A DNA stretch of 64,000 bases, taken from Salpingoeca rosetta (lineage: Eukaryota; Protista; Choanoflagellata). Position 1 is the stretch's first letter, and every line of letters begins with the position of its first letter. The notes under the pieces are model-generated. The model saw only the letters and a list, made by a program, of their open reading frames with translations. It was not told the DNA's origin and ran no database searches. The position numbers and the translations under genes are program-made. Below, piece after piece: positions 24,764-36,538 of this stretch. The DNA is taken from contig JAWQFM010000006.1 in assembly GCA_033442325.1 (NCBI GenBank), positions 539,153 through 603,152 of the forward strand. Reading direction: 5' to 3'.

Positions 24764-26255
24764 CTAGTCGAGCACGAGGCCTCGCGTCTCCTTTGGAATG
24801 AGATAGGACGCCAGCGCCGCAACGCCGTTCATCGCCCCGAACAGAATCAAACGCACGTGAAACGCGATTGCAGAGGCGTCGCCCCAATACGGCGCCGAAA
24901 ACGCGCCCACACGCGCCATGGCATTGCACCAGCTGTGGCCAGCAGCGCGCACGTGCGTGGAGTACAGCTCAGGCGTCATGACCCACGTCACGCTCGTGCC
25001 AATCAGGATGCTTGCACGGCACACCATGACCATGAACACACCAAGGGCGCGCGGCACAGGGATGGTGAGCAGCACCATGAAAATGCCGCTGACAAGATAG
25101 CCCGTCCCCGATATGATCTTGCGCCCAACACGCTCGATGATGAGGAAGGCCAGGATGCACCCAATCACCTCCGCTGCGCCCGTTGTGAACAGCGCCGGGT
25201 AGTCAAAGTCCTTGCTGCCGCCGCCCGTGTGCGTGCCGTTGGGCTGGTGCGGGTGGATGGTGCTGTTGTCATGCGACGTGGAGTTGCCGCCCTGGCTCGC
25301 GAAGAACTCGGGCGCAATGATCACCGTGCCTGCAGGCAACGCGACAAAATGGCATGACAGTCGCAGCATGAAGAGGACGGTGTTGGTTATTGTTGTTGTT
25401 GTGTGATTGTGTTGCATGTGGTGATTGTTTTGAAGGTGATGGAGTTGGGGGAGGGGGTGAGGGGGAGGCGGATAATGCACAAACGCTTGGACAAAACGCG
25501 GCATGGGCGGGCAGAGCAGCAAGAACGACAAAGCAGAAGCAACAGCATGGCGTAGAGGGCACACGAAAACGTCACAAACAGAAGCGACGCAGCGAAGCAG
25601 CACCAAGAGCAGCATACAGCAGCAGCAGCAGCAGGAGCAGCATGGACGAACCGTAGTACGTGAAGCCGGAGGTGGCCCAGACGGCCCACAGCATGATGGT
25701 GGTCATGCGGTTGTTCTTGTCGAACAGCATGAGCGGTGACACCTCGCTGCCTGTCGGCATATCGTCACCGCCAGCGTCGCCAGTTTCTGTAAGCAGGGCT
25801 GTGGAGTCTGCAATCTCGTACGTCTTGCCGTCCTCAGGCTGTGGCTCGTGGGAGAGCACAAGACGCGTGTGCGCGGGGAGAGCATCTGGCCTCTTGTTGA
25901 GCTTTGCGGCCTTATGCAGCACCTTCAGGGCTTCATCTGGTCGGTTCATCAGCAGCAGCCAGTGGGGCGACTCGGGGAGGAAGGGGAACGAGATCATCGC
26001 AATGGTGACGGGAACAGAGCAGAAGCCAACGAGGTAGCGCCAGCCAAGGTCATCAAGCATAATCCACGCAAGCCCGTTCACAAACAGCGTCCCAAACGTC
26101 CTGATGATGTGTGATGCGATGTGACGTGGCATTGCAGATGGTTGGGTGGGAAGTGAAGTGAGCAGACAGGAAGAGATATTCCAAAGATGGGGCAAGGCAG
26201 CCAAACAAGGATACGCACACACACAAGGGGCAAACTAGCACGCTCATTCTCACTG

Positions 26256-26327
<72 letters not shown>

Positions 26328-27125
26328 GTATTCACACACACACATCCCTTCCCTCTCTATCAGTCCGTGATTGAGCGCGTGAACGTACCAGAAAAACTCA
26401 ATGCCAAGCAAGGCCTTTCCGCGGATGCTTGGGGGCATAAACTCTGCCAGGAGATCAAAGGGAACGCCCATCCCGCCAATGCCAACGCCAACAATGAAGC
26501 GAAGCGTCACCAGCATGTAGTAGTCCACGGAGAACGCGCTGTGATGGTGGGCGGGCGGATAGGGAACAACGCAGCAGGAGCGGTGGTGGCAACGCAAGCA
26601 GTCAAGGTGGCCATGCCATGTGCACACAGCAAAGGGAAGAACCAAGAGGTGAGCAAGTGAAACAAGGCAGCAACGAGGGGGAATCTAAGAAGGGATAAAG
26701 ATCACACACGGACATGGTGTGGTTGTTTGTGGTGCTCCAATTTGCGGATGCTATCTTGTGGTGTGTGTGCGACTCTGTGTGTTTGAAAACGAACAGTTCC
26801 CTCGAGCGACCGCGGCAAGCTTGGCTCTTGTGCATATATGCAATCACAATCTGGTGATGCACAGACACTTGAGGCGGGGGCTTGCTTGGCTTGGCTTGGA
26901 TCTTCTTCCTTCACCCTGTTGTCGCCACCCCGCCCCCCCCCCAAAAAAACCAAACACCGTACTTCTCTCACTCTCACTCTCGCGCAGCTTCCACACCCCA
27001 TCGTCAGCACCAGCCCTCTCCTCCATCCACAAACAAACGCGTGCAATCAAGGGTTAACAATCTTCCACCATCGCTTGCTCACTCACTTGTGTGAGGTGGA
27101 GGCGTGTGTGTGTGTGTGTGTGTTT

Positions 27126-27165
<40 letters not shown>

Positions 27166-28455
27166 TGTAGTGTGGATCTCGACTCTATGCCATCATCCAA
27201 CTTGCTCCCCAACTTCACCTGCCCCGAACCGCGACCCCACATATCCTCTTTCCACCCCGCCCCTCTCCTTGCCCAAGTGAGTGGTGTGAAGTGCGTGTGG
27301 CCTGTACCTTGACAAGCCGGCGACGGTGACCAAAAGCGCGGGAAAGAATGAGCCTCGCTTTCGTCCACACCGGTCTGCAAACGGACCCCAGAACACGGCC
27401 CCCAACAGCTCGCCCGCAAACACTACCGCCGTCAGCGTGGACTCCTGCACATCTGTGAGGTTGAAATCCTTCTTTGCCTCCACTTGCAAGAACGTCAACA
27501 AGCCAACCTCTGCACAGAGAGAGCAAGTGTGACGGGCAGAGAGGGAGAGAACAGAGCGAGACAGGGAGAGAGTGCGTTGTGTGAGTGCGTGTGAGTGAGT
27601 GCGTGCATGCGTGAGTGCGTGCGTGTTTGTGTAAATGTGAGTGCGTGAGGAGCAAACGAGAGAAAGAGGCAGGAACAGAGACGCGCTCAGAATTGACTCC
27701 ATGCGTGGCTACTGCACAAGCATGTTCTTTAACGGCGGCTGTGGCTGCGTGTGTCGCACACCAAGCTCCCTCGCTCGTCCCCTCCACACACGCTGAGCAC
27801 CGAAAGACACCGTGGGGGCGCCCTCTTACCGATGCTGTCAGTGCAAAAGCAAAGACCACAGATGATGATGACCCGGATCTGCTGCCATCCATAGCCGATG
27901 CGTTCAAAGGCCTCGTGGATGGTCATCACCTTTGGCGCATCAGCAGGCACCAGGAGTGGGTTTATGCAAACAACGCGCGTGGACAGGTGAACATGTGAGG
28001 AATTGAGGCGCGCGGAGATGATGCTGATTGCACTCAAGCCAAGTGCGCAACCAAAACATCAGCTGCACCGATACAAACATGATGTGAACACAACCACACA
28101 CCCATGCACATAAGTTGTACGCACACATGCACACACACGTGCACACACACACGTGCACACACACGTGCACACACACGTGCACACACACATGCACATGCAC
28201 ACACACACACACATGCACACACACAGGGGCTGCATCTTCGTCGTTGTTGGGTGTGATGCTGAAATCAGCCTTGTCTGTGTCCGCGCCGTCGTTGCCTTTG
28301 CCGTTGACAACAAGGTCTGGGGATTCCTGATACCGCGGTGGGGCATCCGAGTTAACGCTCAGCCTGTCAGATTGGCTGGCCAACAGGGCTTCCTGATCAT
28401 CCTGGGTAACACCGCCGCCACCTTTACCGTTCCTCCCCTTGCCTTTCTTCCCCAT
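24764..28455 (-). CDS. MFS transporter, SVOP/SV2-related, tandem copy A (6 exons)
   Basis: TIHEAFERIGYGWQQIRVIIICGLCFCTDSI|EVGLLTFL..; MFS motif A-like GPFADRCGRK; LRFIVGVGIGG..FDLLAEFMPPSIRG; LGWRYL; PESPHWL; TPELYSTHVRAAG; PKETRG. The layout matches SVOP (AVEAIGFGKFQ..ADAME). Confidence 0.9.
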
Positions 28456-28946
28456 CCTTCCGTGAGTGCGTGTGGTGGTGGTGATGTGAGTGCGTGTAGC
28501 TGGCTCTGGCGATGTCTGGTCGCCTTGCTTTGCGGGGTTGTGGCTCGCACGTTTTTCCTCCCTTCTCCTCCAAACAACACAAACAAACGAAGAAAAAAAT
28601 AATGTGTATTTTCAAGCGATTCGATGGTTGACTAAGGGCATGGTGCGTGGTGTTTGTCTACAATACAAGCAAGGCAAGCGGAGGTGGTCGTGGACAGCCA
28701 GCAAGAAGAACACTCTCTGCTGATACACACACACATGCACACACATGCACACACACGCGTGTACATGGAACCAAAACAAACGGGGATGGTGGTTGCTTAA
28801 CATAAAGCGCACAACTGTCACACACGACAATCGCACGCGCCCAACACATACAATCATGTCATTCGCACGCCTACACCACCAAAACAACAGGTAGACAGGC
28901 AGGCCTGGCAGGCAGGTTGGTTGGTTGCTTATGGCACTCACATCCT

Positions 28947-29630
28947 CTAATCGAGGATCATGCCACGCGTCTCCCGGGGCAGGAAGAACGACCCGAGCGA
29001 AGCCAGCACGCTCACGAGACCGTACAGCAGAAGACGCAGCGCAATGGGCACGGCGCGCGCATCGCCCCAATATGGCGTGGCAAACGCCGCCAGCCGTGCC
29101 ATGCCGTTGCTCCACGAGTGGCCCGCCGCGCGCACATATGTGGCGTACAGCTCCGGGGTCACCACCCACGTCACACACGAGCCAATGAAGATGCTCATGC
29201 GCGCAAACACCAGCAGCAGCACGCCGAGGCCGCGCGGCACCTTGATCATCATCAGCATCATCGCCACACCGCTGGCGAGGTAGCTGATGCCCGCGAGCGG
29301 CCTGCGGTTGAAGCGCTCAACCAACAGAAACGCAACAATGGCGCCAAGCACCTCCGCTGCGCCCGTCGTAAACAGCGCCGGGTAGTCAAAGTTGCTGTCG
29401 TTGTTGATGTGTGTTCCGTTCCCGCCCGTGGCATTGCCGCTGGTGCCGTTGTTGGCAGTGCTGTTCGCACTACCGCCGCTTCCGCCCTCAAAGAACTCGG
29501 GCGCAATGATCACCGTGCCTGCAGGCAACAAAACATGGCCAAGCCACGAGATGCAGGAGAAGGGGGGGGGATTGGAGGGATGTGGGTGAGGGAGAGGGTT
29601 GGTATTGGCGCGCGAGTGAATGAAGTGTGT

Positions 29631-29670
<40 letters not shown>

Positions 29671-31941
29671 ATGTGTGTGTGTGTGCGTGGAGAAGAATGG
29701 TGAGGTTCAATGGTTCACAGCTCTCGTGCTGGCGAGTTTGCGAATGTGCGCAAGCACCACGCACGTGTGCAAACACACACGCGCACGCGCGCACGCACAC
29801 ACACACACACACGCGCAAGCACACGCACACGCACACGCACACGCACACGCACACGCACACGCACACGCACACGCACACGCACACGCACACACACGCAATT
29901 ACCCTTCCCACAAACAGCCAACCAACACACACTGACCGTAGTAAGTAAAGCCAAAGCTGGCCCACGCAATCCAGAGGGTGATGGTGGCCATGCGGTTGTT
30001 CTTGTCAAACAGCATGAGCGGTGACACCTCGCTGGCCGTGGGAACATCCTCCACCGTGCCGGGGAGCAGGGCTGTGGAGTCTGCAATTTCGTATGTCTTG
30101 CCGTCCTCAGGCTGTGGCTCGTGGGAGAGCACAAGACGCATGCGTGCAGGCAACGCGTCTTGGCGCTTGTTGATCTTGGCGGCCTTGCGGATGGTCTCCA
30201 GGGCCTCGTCGTGACGGTTCATCATCAGCAGCCAGTGGGGCGACTCGGGGAGGAAGGGGAACGACAGCATGGCCAGGGCAACTGGCACGGAGCAGAAGCC
30301 AACGAGGTAGCGCCAGCCAAGGTCATCAAGCATGATCCACGCAAGCCCGTTCACAAACAGCGTGCCAAACGTCCTGTTGAACATTGATGTGGTACAGGGG
30401 AGTTGTGTGGTGCGCATGTCGTGCAAGTGACGTGTGCATGTTGTCTTTGTGAGTGTGTTGCGGCGTTGGTCACTTCAACGAAGCCATGCGGTCCATACAT
30501 ACATATACACGCGTGGTCCATGCATATACGTACACAGACACACACATACACATACATACACAAAGTGGCGCGCTCATTCTCACTGACACAGACGAACCCC
30601 CCCCCCCACACACACACATACACACACACCAGAAGAATTCGATGCTGATGAGGGCCTTTCCGCGGATGCTTGGGGGCATAAACTCTGCCAGGAGATCAAA
30701 GGGAACGCCCATCCCGCCAATGCCAACGCCAACAATGAAGCGAAGCGTCACCAGCATGTAGTAGTCCACGGAGAACGCGCTGTGATGGTGGCGGGAGGGA
30801 ACAACAATAGGGAGGATGAAATAGAGAGGAAACCAAGGTGAGCCATTGCGAAGAGGCAGTGACAGCCAGCAGGCGGGTGGTGGAGGAGGTGCTTTGTTGT
30901 TGGTGGTGATTGTGGCCCCCGCTGGCTGCCGCGATCAAGAAAAGGCAACTGCTCAGGCATGAGAACGAAGGCGCACACACGCAATCGTGTGGTAGACGCG
31001 CACTATGGCAATATGCGGTGCACAGGAAACAACACACACACACAGAGTTCACCCGCACCTCCCCTTCTCTCACCCTCACTCTCACTCTCTCCTCTACTCA
31101 GACACGCACACACACACACACTCAGACACGCACACACACAGAAGCAGAGCCGCATGCGAGCGCTGTAAGAGCTGCTGCATGTTCACGCACAACACGTGGG
31201 GCTTGGCTTGTCGGCGCACTTGCAAACACATGCTTCTCTTCTTGACCTTGCTAAGCCGGCGACGGTGACCAAAAGCGCGGGAAAGAATGAGCCTCGCTTT
31301 CGTCCACACCGGTCTGCAAACGGACCCCAGAACACGGCCCCCAACAGCTCGCCCGCAAACACTACCGCCGTCAGCGTCGACTCCTCCACGTCCGTCAAAT
31401 CAAAGTAGTTGCGCGCCTCCACCTGCAAGAACGTCAACAAGCCAACCTCTGCAAATTGTGTGGGCGTGTGTGTGTGTGTGTATGTGAGCGTGTATGTGTG
31501 TGTGTGAGCGTGTGTGTGTGCATGTGTGTGACCGTGTTTGTGCAAATGTGTGTTGGTGTGTCATAAACACACGCGCTGGGTCCCCCCCCCAAATTCCATT
31601 GCACATTCGCACTTGACACGGCATGTGCTGCGCACCGATGCTGTCTGTGCAGAAGCACAGGCCGCAGATCAGGAGGACCCGCAGCTGCTGCCGTCCATAC
31701 CCAATCTTGTCAATGGCCTCAGGCAGGCTCACAATCTGCGGTGTGGAAGGGGGCAACCAGCGCAACCAATGCGGGTATGATGTGATGTGATGTGATGTGA
31801 GATGATGTGGTGTGATGGGGTGATGGGGTGATGGGGTGATTCGATGCGACGTGGCGTGCACCACACAACGATGCAAACCCACGCAGTGCATTGTTGCGAT
31901 GTGAGAGAGCGGTCATGTTAGTCACGACATTGCACGGCATT

Positions 31942-32008
<67 letters not shown>

Positions 32009-32633
32009 TGGCCAAAAGCACATGTGACGTCACAGGACATCATGCCATCTGTGGAAGTGCGTGAGAGTCGCGATCAGGAGTAAAACGGACCGTTTCGCCA
32101 TCATCATTGAAGCGACCCGCAGACAGGTCCTGTGCAAGCTTGATGGTGGGATCGTCCATGTCAAACACTGGCCGTGATTCGTCCTCATCGTCGCTGTCGC
32201 CAAACGTGGCGCCGGGTTTCGCGTGGTTCATTATGTGCTTGCCATTGCCGTTCCCGTTGAGCCCGTCATTGGTGGGCTTGCCGTTTCCCGTCTTGTGTTC
32301 ATTGAGGGCGCCATTGGCGGCTCTGGTGCTGCTGCTGGTGCTGTCACTTCTGGTGCTGCTGCTGGGACTGCTGCTGCTTCCGTTGTTGTTGTTGTTGCTG
32401 CTGCTGTCGCCGCTTCCGCTGCTGCTGTTGTTGTTTACGATGTGGTCCTCGCTCTCACCGACTGGGGCATCTGTGAGCGTGATGTGTGTTGGTGCGCGCT
32501 GCTCTGCATCGTGGTCGCCAAGATCATCACCATCATTGTCGCCGTCGTCTTCGTCAATGCGGGTATCTTGGATGTCGGGCGAGGTTGGCCCTTGCTCGGG
32601 CGTTTGATTGTCCAACAAAGACACCTGTTCCAT
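28947..32633 (-). CDS. MFS transporter, SVOP/SV2-related, tandem copy B (6 exons)
   Basis: Same exon structure and motifs as copy A (SLPEAIDKIGYGRQQLRVLLICGLCFCTDSI, ADRCGRK, PESPHWL, TPELYATYVRAAG, PRETRG), with a longer acidic/Asn-Ser-rich first exon starting MEQVSLLD. Confidence 0.9.
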
Positions 32634-32986
32634 CGCCGACCCCACTTGCTGTTCTTCTGTTCTTCTGCTACCTGCTTGCCGTTCCTTTGCCGACTCTCGC
32701 AACAAAACCAGCAAAAAGGAAGCAAGCAACGCAAAGGCGTGTGCTTGTGTGTGTACTTGTGTGTGAGAGAGAGGGGTGAGAGAGCAAGACGGGGTGAAGG
32801 GAGAGAGAGAAGGGTGTGTGTGTGTATGTGTGAGTGTGTGTTGGTTGGTGAGTGTGAGGAGGTGTGGGTGGGGAAGCTGTGTGGACGAAGAAGAATGCGT
32901 TTGCTGCTCTGGAGAGGACAACGAAAAGCACCTTTGAGGTTCACACCAGGGATTGGCGAATTTGCATAGAATCGTCAACAACGGAT

Positions 32987-33990
32987 ATGGTGGGTGTCAT
33001 CGCGACAACACTGTGCAGCATGTGTCTGTCGCGCACGTGTAGTGGTGGACGGCGCTTGCTGTTGCCAACTCGGAGGAGCACAGCAGCTGTTGCGGCAGCT
33101 TTTACAGCAACAGCAGTCACGGCAGCAACGCCGATCGCAGCGCTGCACCAGACTCTTCGCACCTACACCAAGAGGGCCAACAAGGTGCGTATGTGTGTGC
33201 GTGTGTGCGTGTGTGGAATGCATTTGCGTGTTTGTGAGTGTGTGCGTGCGTGTTTACGTGTTTGTGCTTGTGTGCGTGCGTTTGCGTGTTTGAACAGCCT
33301 TCTACACGCGGCTGTGATGCACACTACTCTCATGCACACTACTCTCGTGCATACGGCTTGTGATTTCAACTGCAGGAGAAAGGATTTGTGGATCTGAGGC
33401 GCGTCTTCGTGCGTGGTGGTGAGTAAGGCTGGAAAGGTGTTTCGGTAACGTTGCGCGGGATGCCACATGCAATCTGTACAAGCACATGCATACTCACAAG
33501 TACACGCACACACACACGTATTCACACGTACTCACGCTTGCGATTACAACTCTATTTCATAGGCAAAGGCGGGCTTGGGTGTTTTTCGTATGAGAACCTG
33601 GGCTACAAACGAAAAAGGTGAAGCTGCATGTGCACTTGCATGCGCAGTTGCGTGCGTGTGAATCTGTAGTTGCGTGTACCATTTCTCCTAACGACAGCCA
33701 TTCACGCACGCACACGCACACGCACACGCACACATACACGCATATACACACACATATATACACAAACATGCACACGCGCACGCACAGGCGACCTGACGGT
33801 GCAGACGGAGGGCGTGGTGGAAGCGTGAATCTGACAGTGGATGAAACCGTGGGATCACTGGAGCACATCCCAGCTACCATATCTGGAATCACTGGTGGCC
33901 AGGGCTCCAGCAACAACAAGCTCGGCGCAAACGCAAAACCCAGAACCATCAAGGTTCCAGCTGGGACCATTGTCTACGACGAGGACGGCA

Positions 33991-34084
<94 letters not shown>

Positions 34085-34384
34085 AAGCGTCTATGCTATG
34101 CAAGTGTGTGTTTGTGCTGATGTACTGCATGTCAGTGATTCCACGCCAGTACCAATGCATATGCGCCGCTGCTGATGTATGTCCCAGGTGGTGGCCGATC
34201 TTGAGCGACCGGGCGAGTCATTTTGTGCAGCTGTCGGAGGGAAGGGCGGCCGCGGCAATTCTGGTGGTGAGAGGTGCTTTTTGCGTGTTTTGTGTCTGCG
34301 CTTGTGTGTCTGCGCTTGTGTGTCTGTGTGTCTGTGTGTCTGTGTCGTGTGTATGCAAATGTTGGTTTCCCCTCCTCCCCCCCT

Positions 34385-34467
<83 letters not shown>

Positions 34468-34712
34468 TTTGTGTACGAGTGTGTTCACGAGCGTTTATGC
34501 CTGCAAGGCTGTTACAGTCGTGTCTCGATCAGCTGTTTGTGGAGATGTGTCTCGATCACCTGCAGCACGCTTCCCGTTTTCCTCATCGCCTGACCAACTG
34601 CATCTGTTCTGTCAGGCTTGAAGCACACGCGCTGCGTCTCCTTTGATGACGAGGCGAAACAAGGCACCCCGGGCGAGGAGAAAAGGTGCGCTTCCAGCGT
34701 GCGCACACTTGT

Positions 34713-34779
<67 letters not shown>

Positions 34780-35723
34780 TGTTTGCTTGTGAATGTGGGC
34801 AACCGTACTTGTGCACTGGTGCATGAGGGTCGGTGAATTGCGGACATCACCTGATACGGAGGGCGTACTCCAGGTTTGTGCTGGAGCTCAAGACGTTGGC
34901 TGATGTTGGGCTTGTGGGCATGCCCAATGCGGGCAAGTCCACGTTTCTCAACGCCGTATCCAATGCACATCCCCGGGTGAGTGGCCGCGCTGACGCGCTT
35001 GCTGGCTCTCCCGCTGGCGTGGCTGGTGCTCTGGCGCTTCCGCTCCACGCTCAGCCTTTCACCATCACGCAACCTTACGCAAACACAAACACATACACAC
35101 AACACACATGCACACATACACACATGCATACACACATAACACGCGCACATGCACACATACACACATGCTCACCTACGCACATGAAAACACGCACATGCAC
35201 ACACACGCAAACACAGGTTGCGCCGTATCCGTTTACGACGCTGAACCCGCACCTGGGGGTGGTTGACTTTTCAGACTACTGGCGCATGCGCGTTGCCGAC
35301 ATCCCTGGTATTCTGCCTGGTGCTCACGAGAACAAGGGGCTTGGCCACAACTTTCTTCGGCACATTGAGCGCAATGCCGTTCTCCTCTACATCATCGACA
35401 TCAGGTGTGGGAAGAGAGAGAGTGTGTGTGTGTGTGCGTGTGTGTGAGTGTGAGTGAGTGAGTGAGTGAGTGAGTGAGTGAGAGATGTGAGTGAGTGAGA
35501 GAGAGTGAGAGATGTGAGTGATTGAGTGTTTGGGCCTTGGAGAAGAGGAGAGGAAGAGGAAGAGCAGGTGTTTGTGGTTTCTTGTCTTGTGCTGCCGCGA
35601 GTACACACACACACACAGTGTATAGGTCTCTTTTTGCCTCTCCCTCTCTCTCTCGCGCACACACACACACGCACACACACACGCACGCACACAGTGTATT
35701 GGTCTCTTTTTGCCTCTCTCTCT

Positions 35724-35754
<31 letters not shown>

Positions 35755-36233
35755 TCTATATCTGTCTTTAGGTGGTTCTCAGGTTTGATGTTCGCCTGCA
35801 TCTGTGCGCCTCCCCTTCTACGTCACACACACACACACGCACACACGCACACACTCACGACATTTCTCTCCTCCCTCTGTCTTCTTCAGTGAAAGCCTTG
35901 GGTCGCCGCCTGCTGTGGAAGCGTTTGAAACCTTGCGCGAGGAGCTTCGACTGTATAAGGCAGAGCTAGCTGAGCGCCCATTCCTGATTGCGGCAAATAA
36001 GGTGGACTGCGAGGGCGCGCAGAGCAACCTGGAGCGGCTTCGAAAGCACATTGGCGCAGACAAAGCGCAGGAGCTCATCGTTCCCATGGCCGCGTCCACG
36101 GGCGAAGGCGTCGTTGACGTCACCACCCGCTTGCGGGTCATGGTGGAACAGCTCCAAAAACAACGCAGGCACCGCATGCAGCAGCCAGGACAGCCCGCAA
36201 GCAACACCACAACACCACAGCAGCAGCAACAGA

Positions 36234-36264
<31 letters not shown>

Positions 36265-36361
36265 ACAAATAATGCATGATGAGGACAAAGAGGAAGAGGA
36301 TGCAGACGACGCTGCGTTTCACGCCCAGCTGTTTGCGCCATCCAATAAAAGACAAAAATGA
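32987..36361 (+). CDS. MTG2: Obg-family GTPase, probably mitochondrial (MTG2/GTPBP5-like), about 9 exons
   Basis: Arg/Ser/Thr-rich presequence-like N-terminus. Obg fold FVDLRRVFVRG|GKGG..PDGADGGRGG; G1 ADVGLVGMPNAGKST; G2 YPFTTLNP; G3 ADIPG; GLGHNFLRHIER; G4 ANKVD; polyQ tail. Confidence 0.9.
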
Positions 36362-36538
36362 CTTTGTGTGCACAAAAAGGCAAAATTGACTTCTGTACAC
36401 GTGGGTGGTGATAAAAAAGGGTGGCGACAGCGCGCCCAAATTCTCACCCCTCACCACTGCTTGCTTGCTTGATGTGCCTTTTTCTTCTTGCCCTGCCCTC
36501 GTGCGAAGTCGTTTTCCTTCTTCCTCACACCATCCACG

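Noticed and set aside
35612-35752. ~75-bp imperfect duplication in an MTG2 intron
   Set aside because: Microsatellite-flanked slippage duplication with no terminal inverted repeats, target-site duplication or ncRNA boxes.
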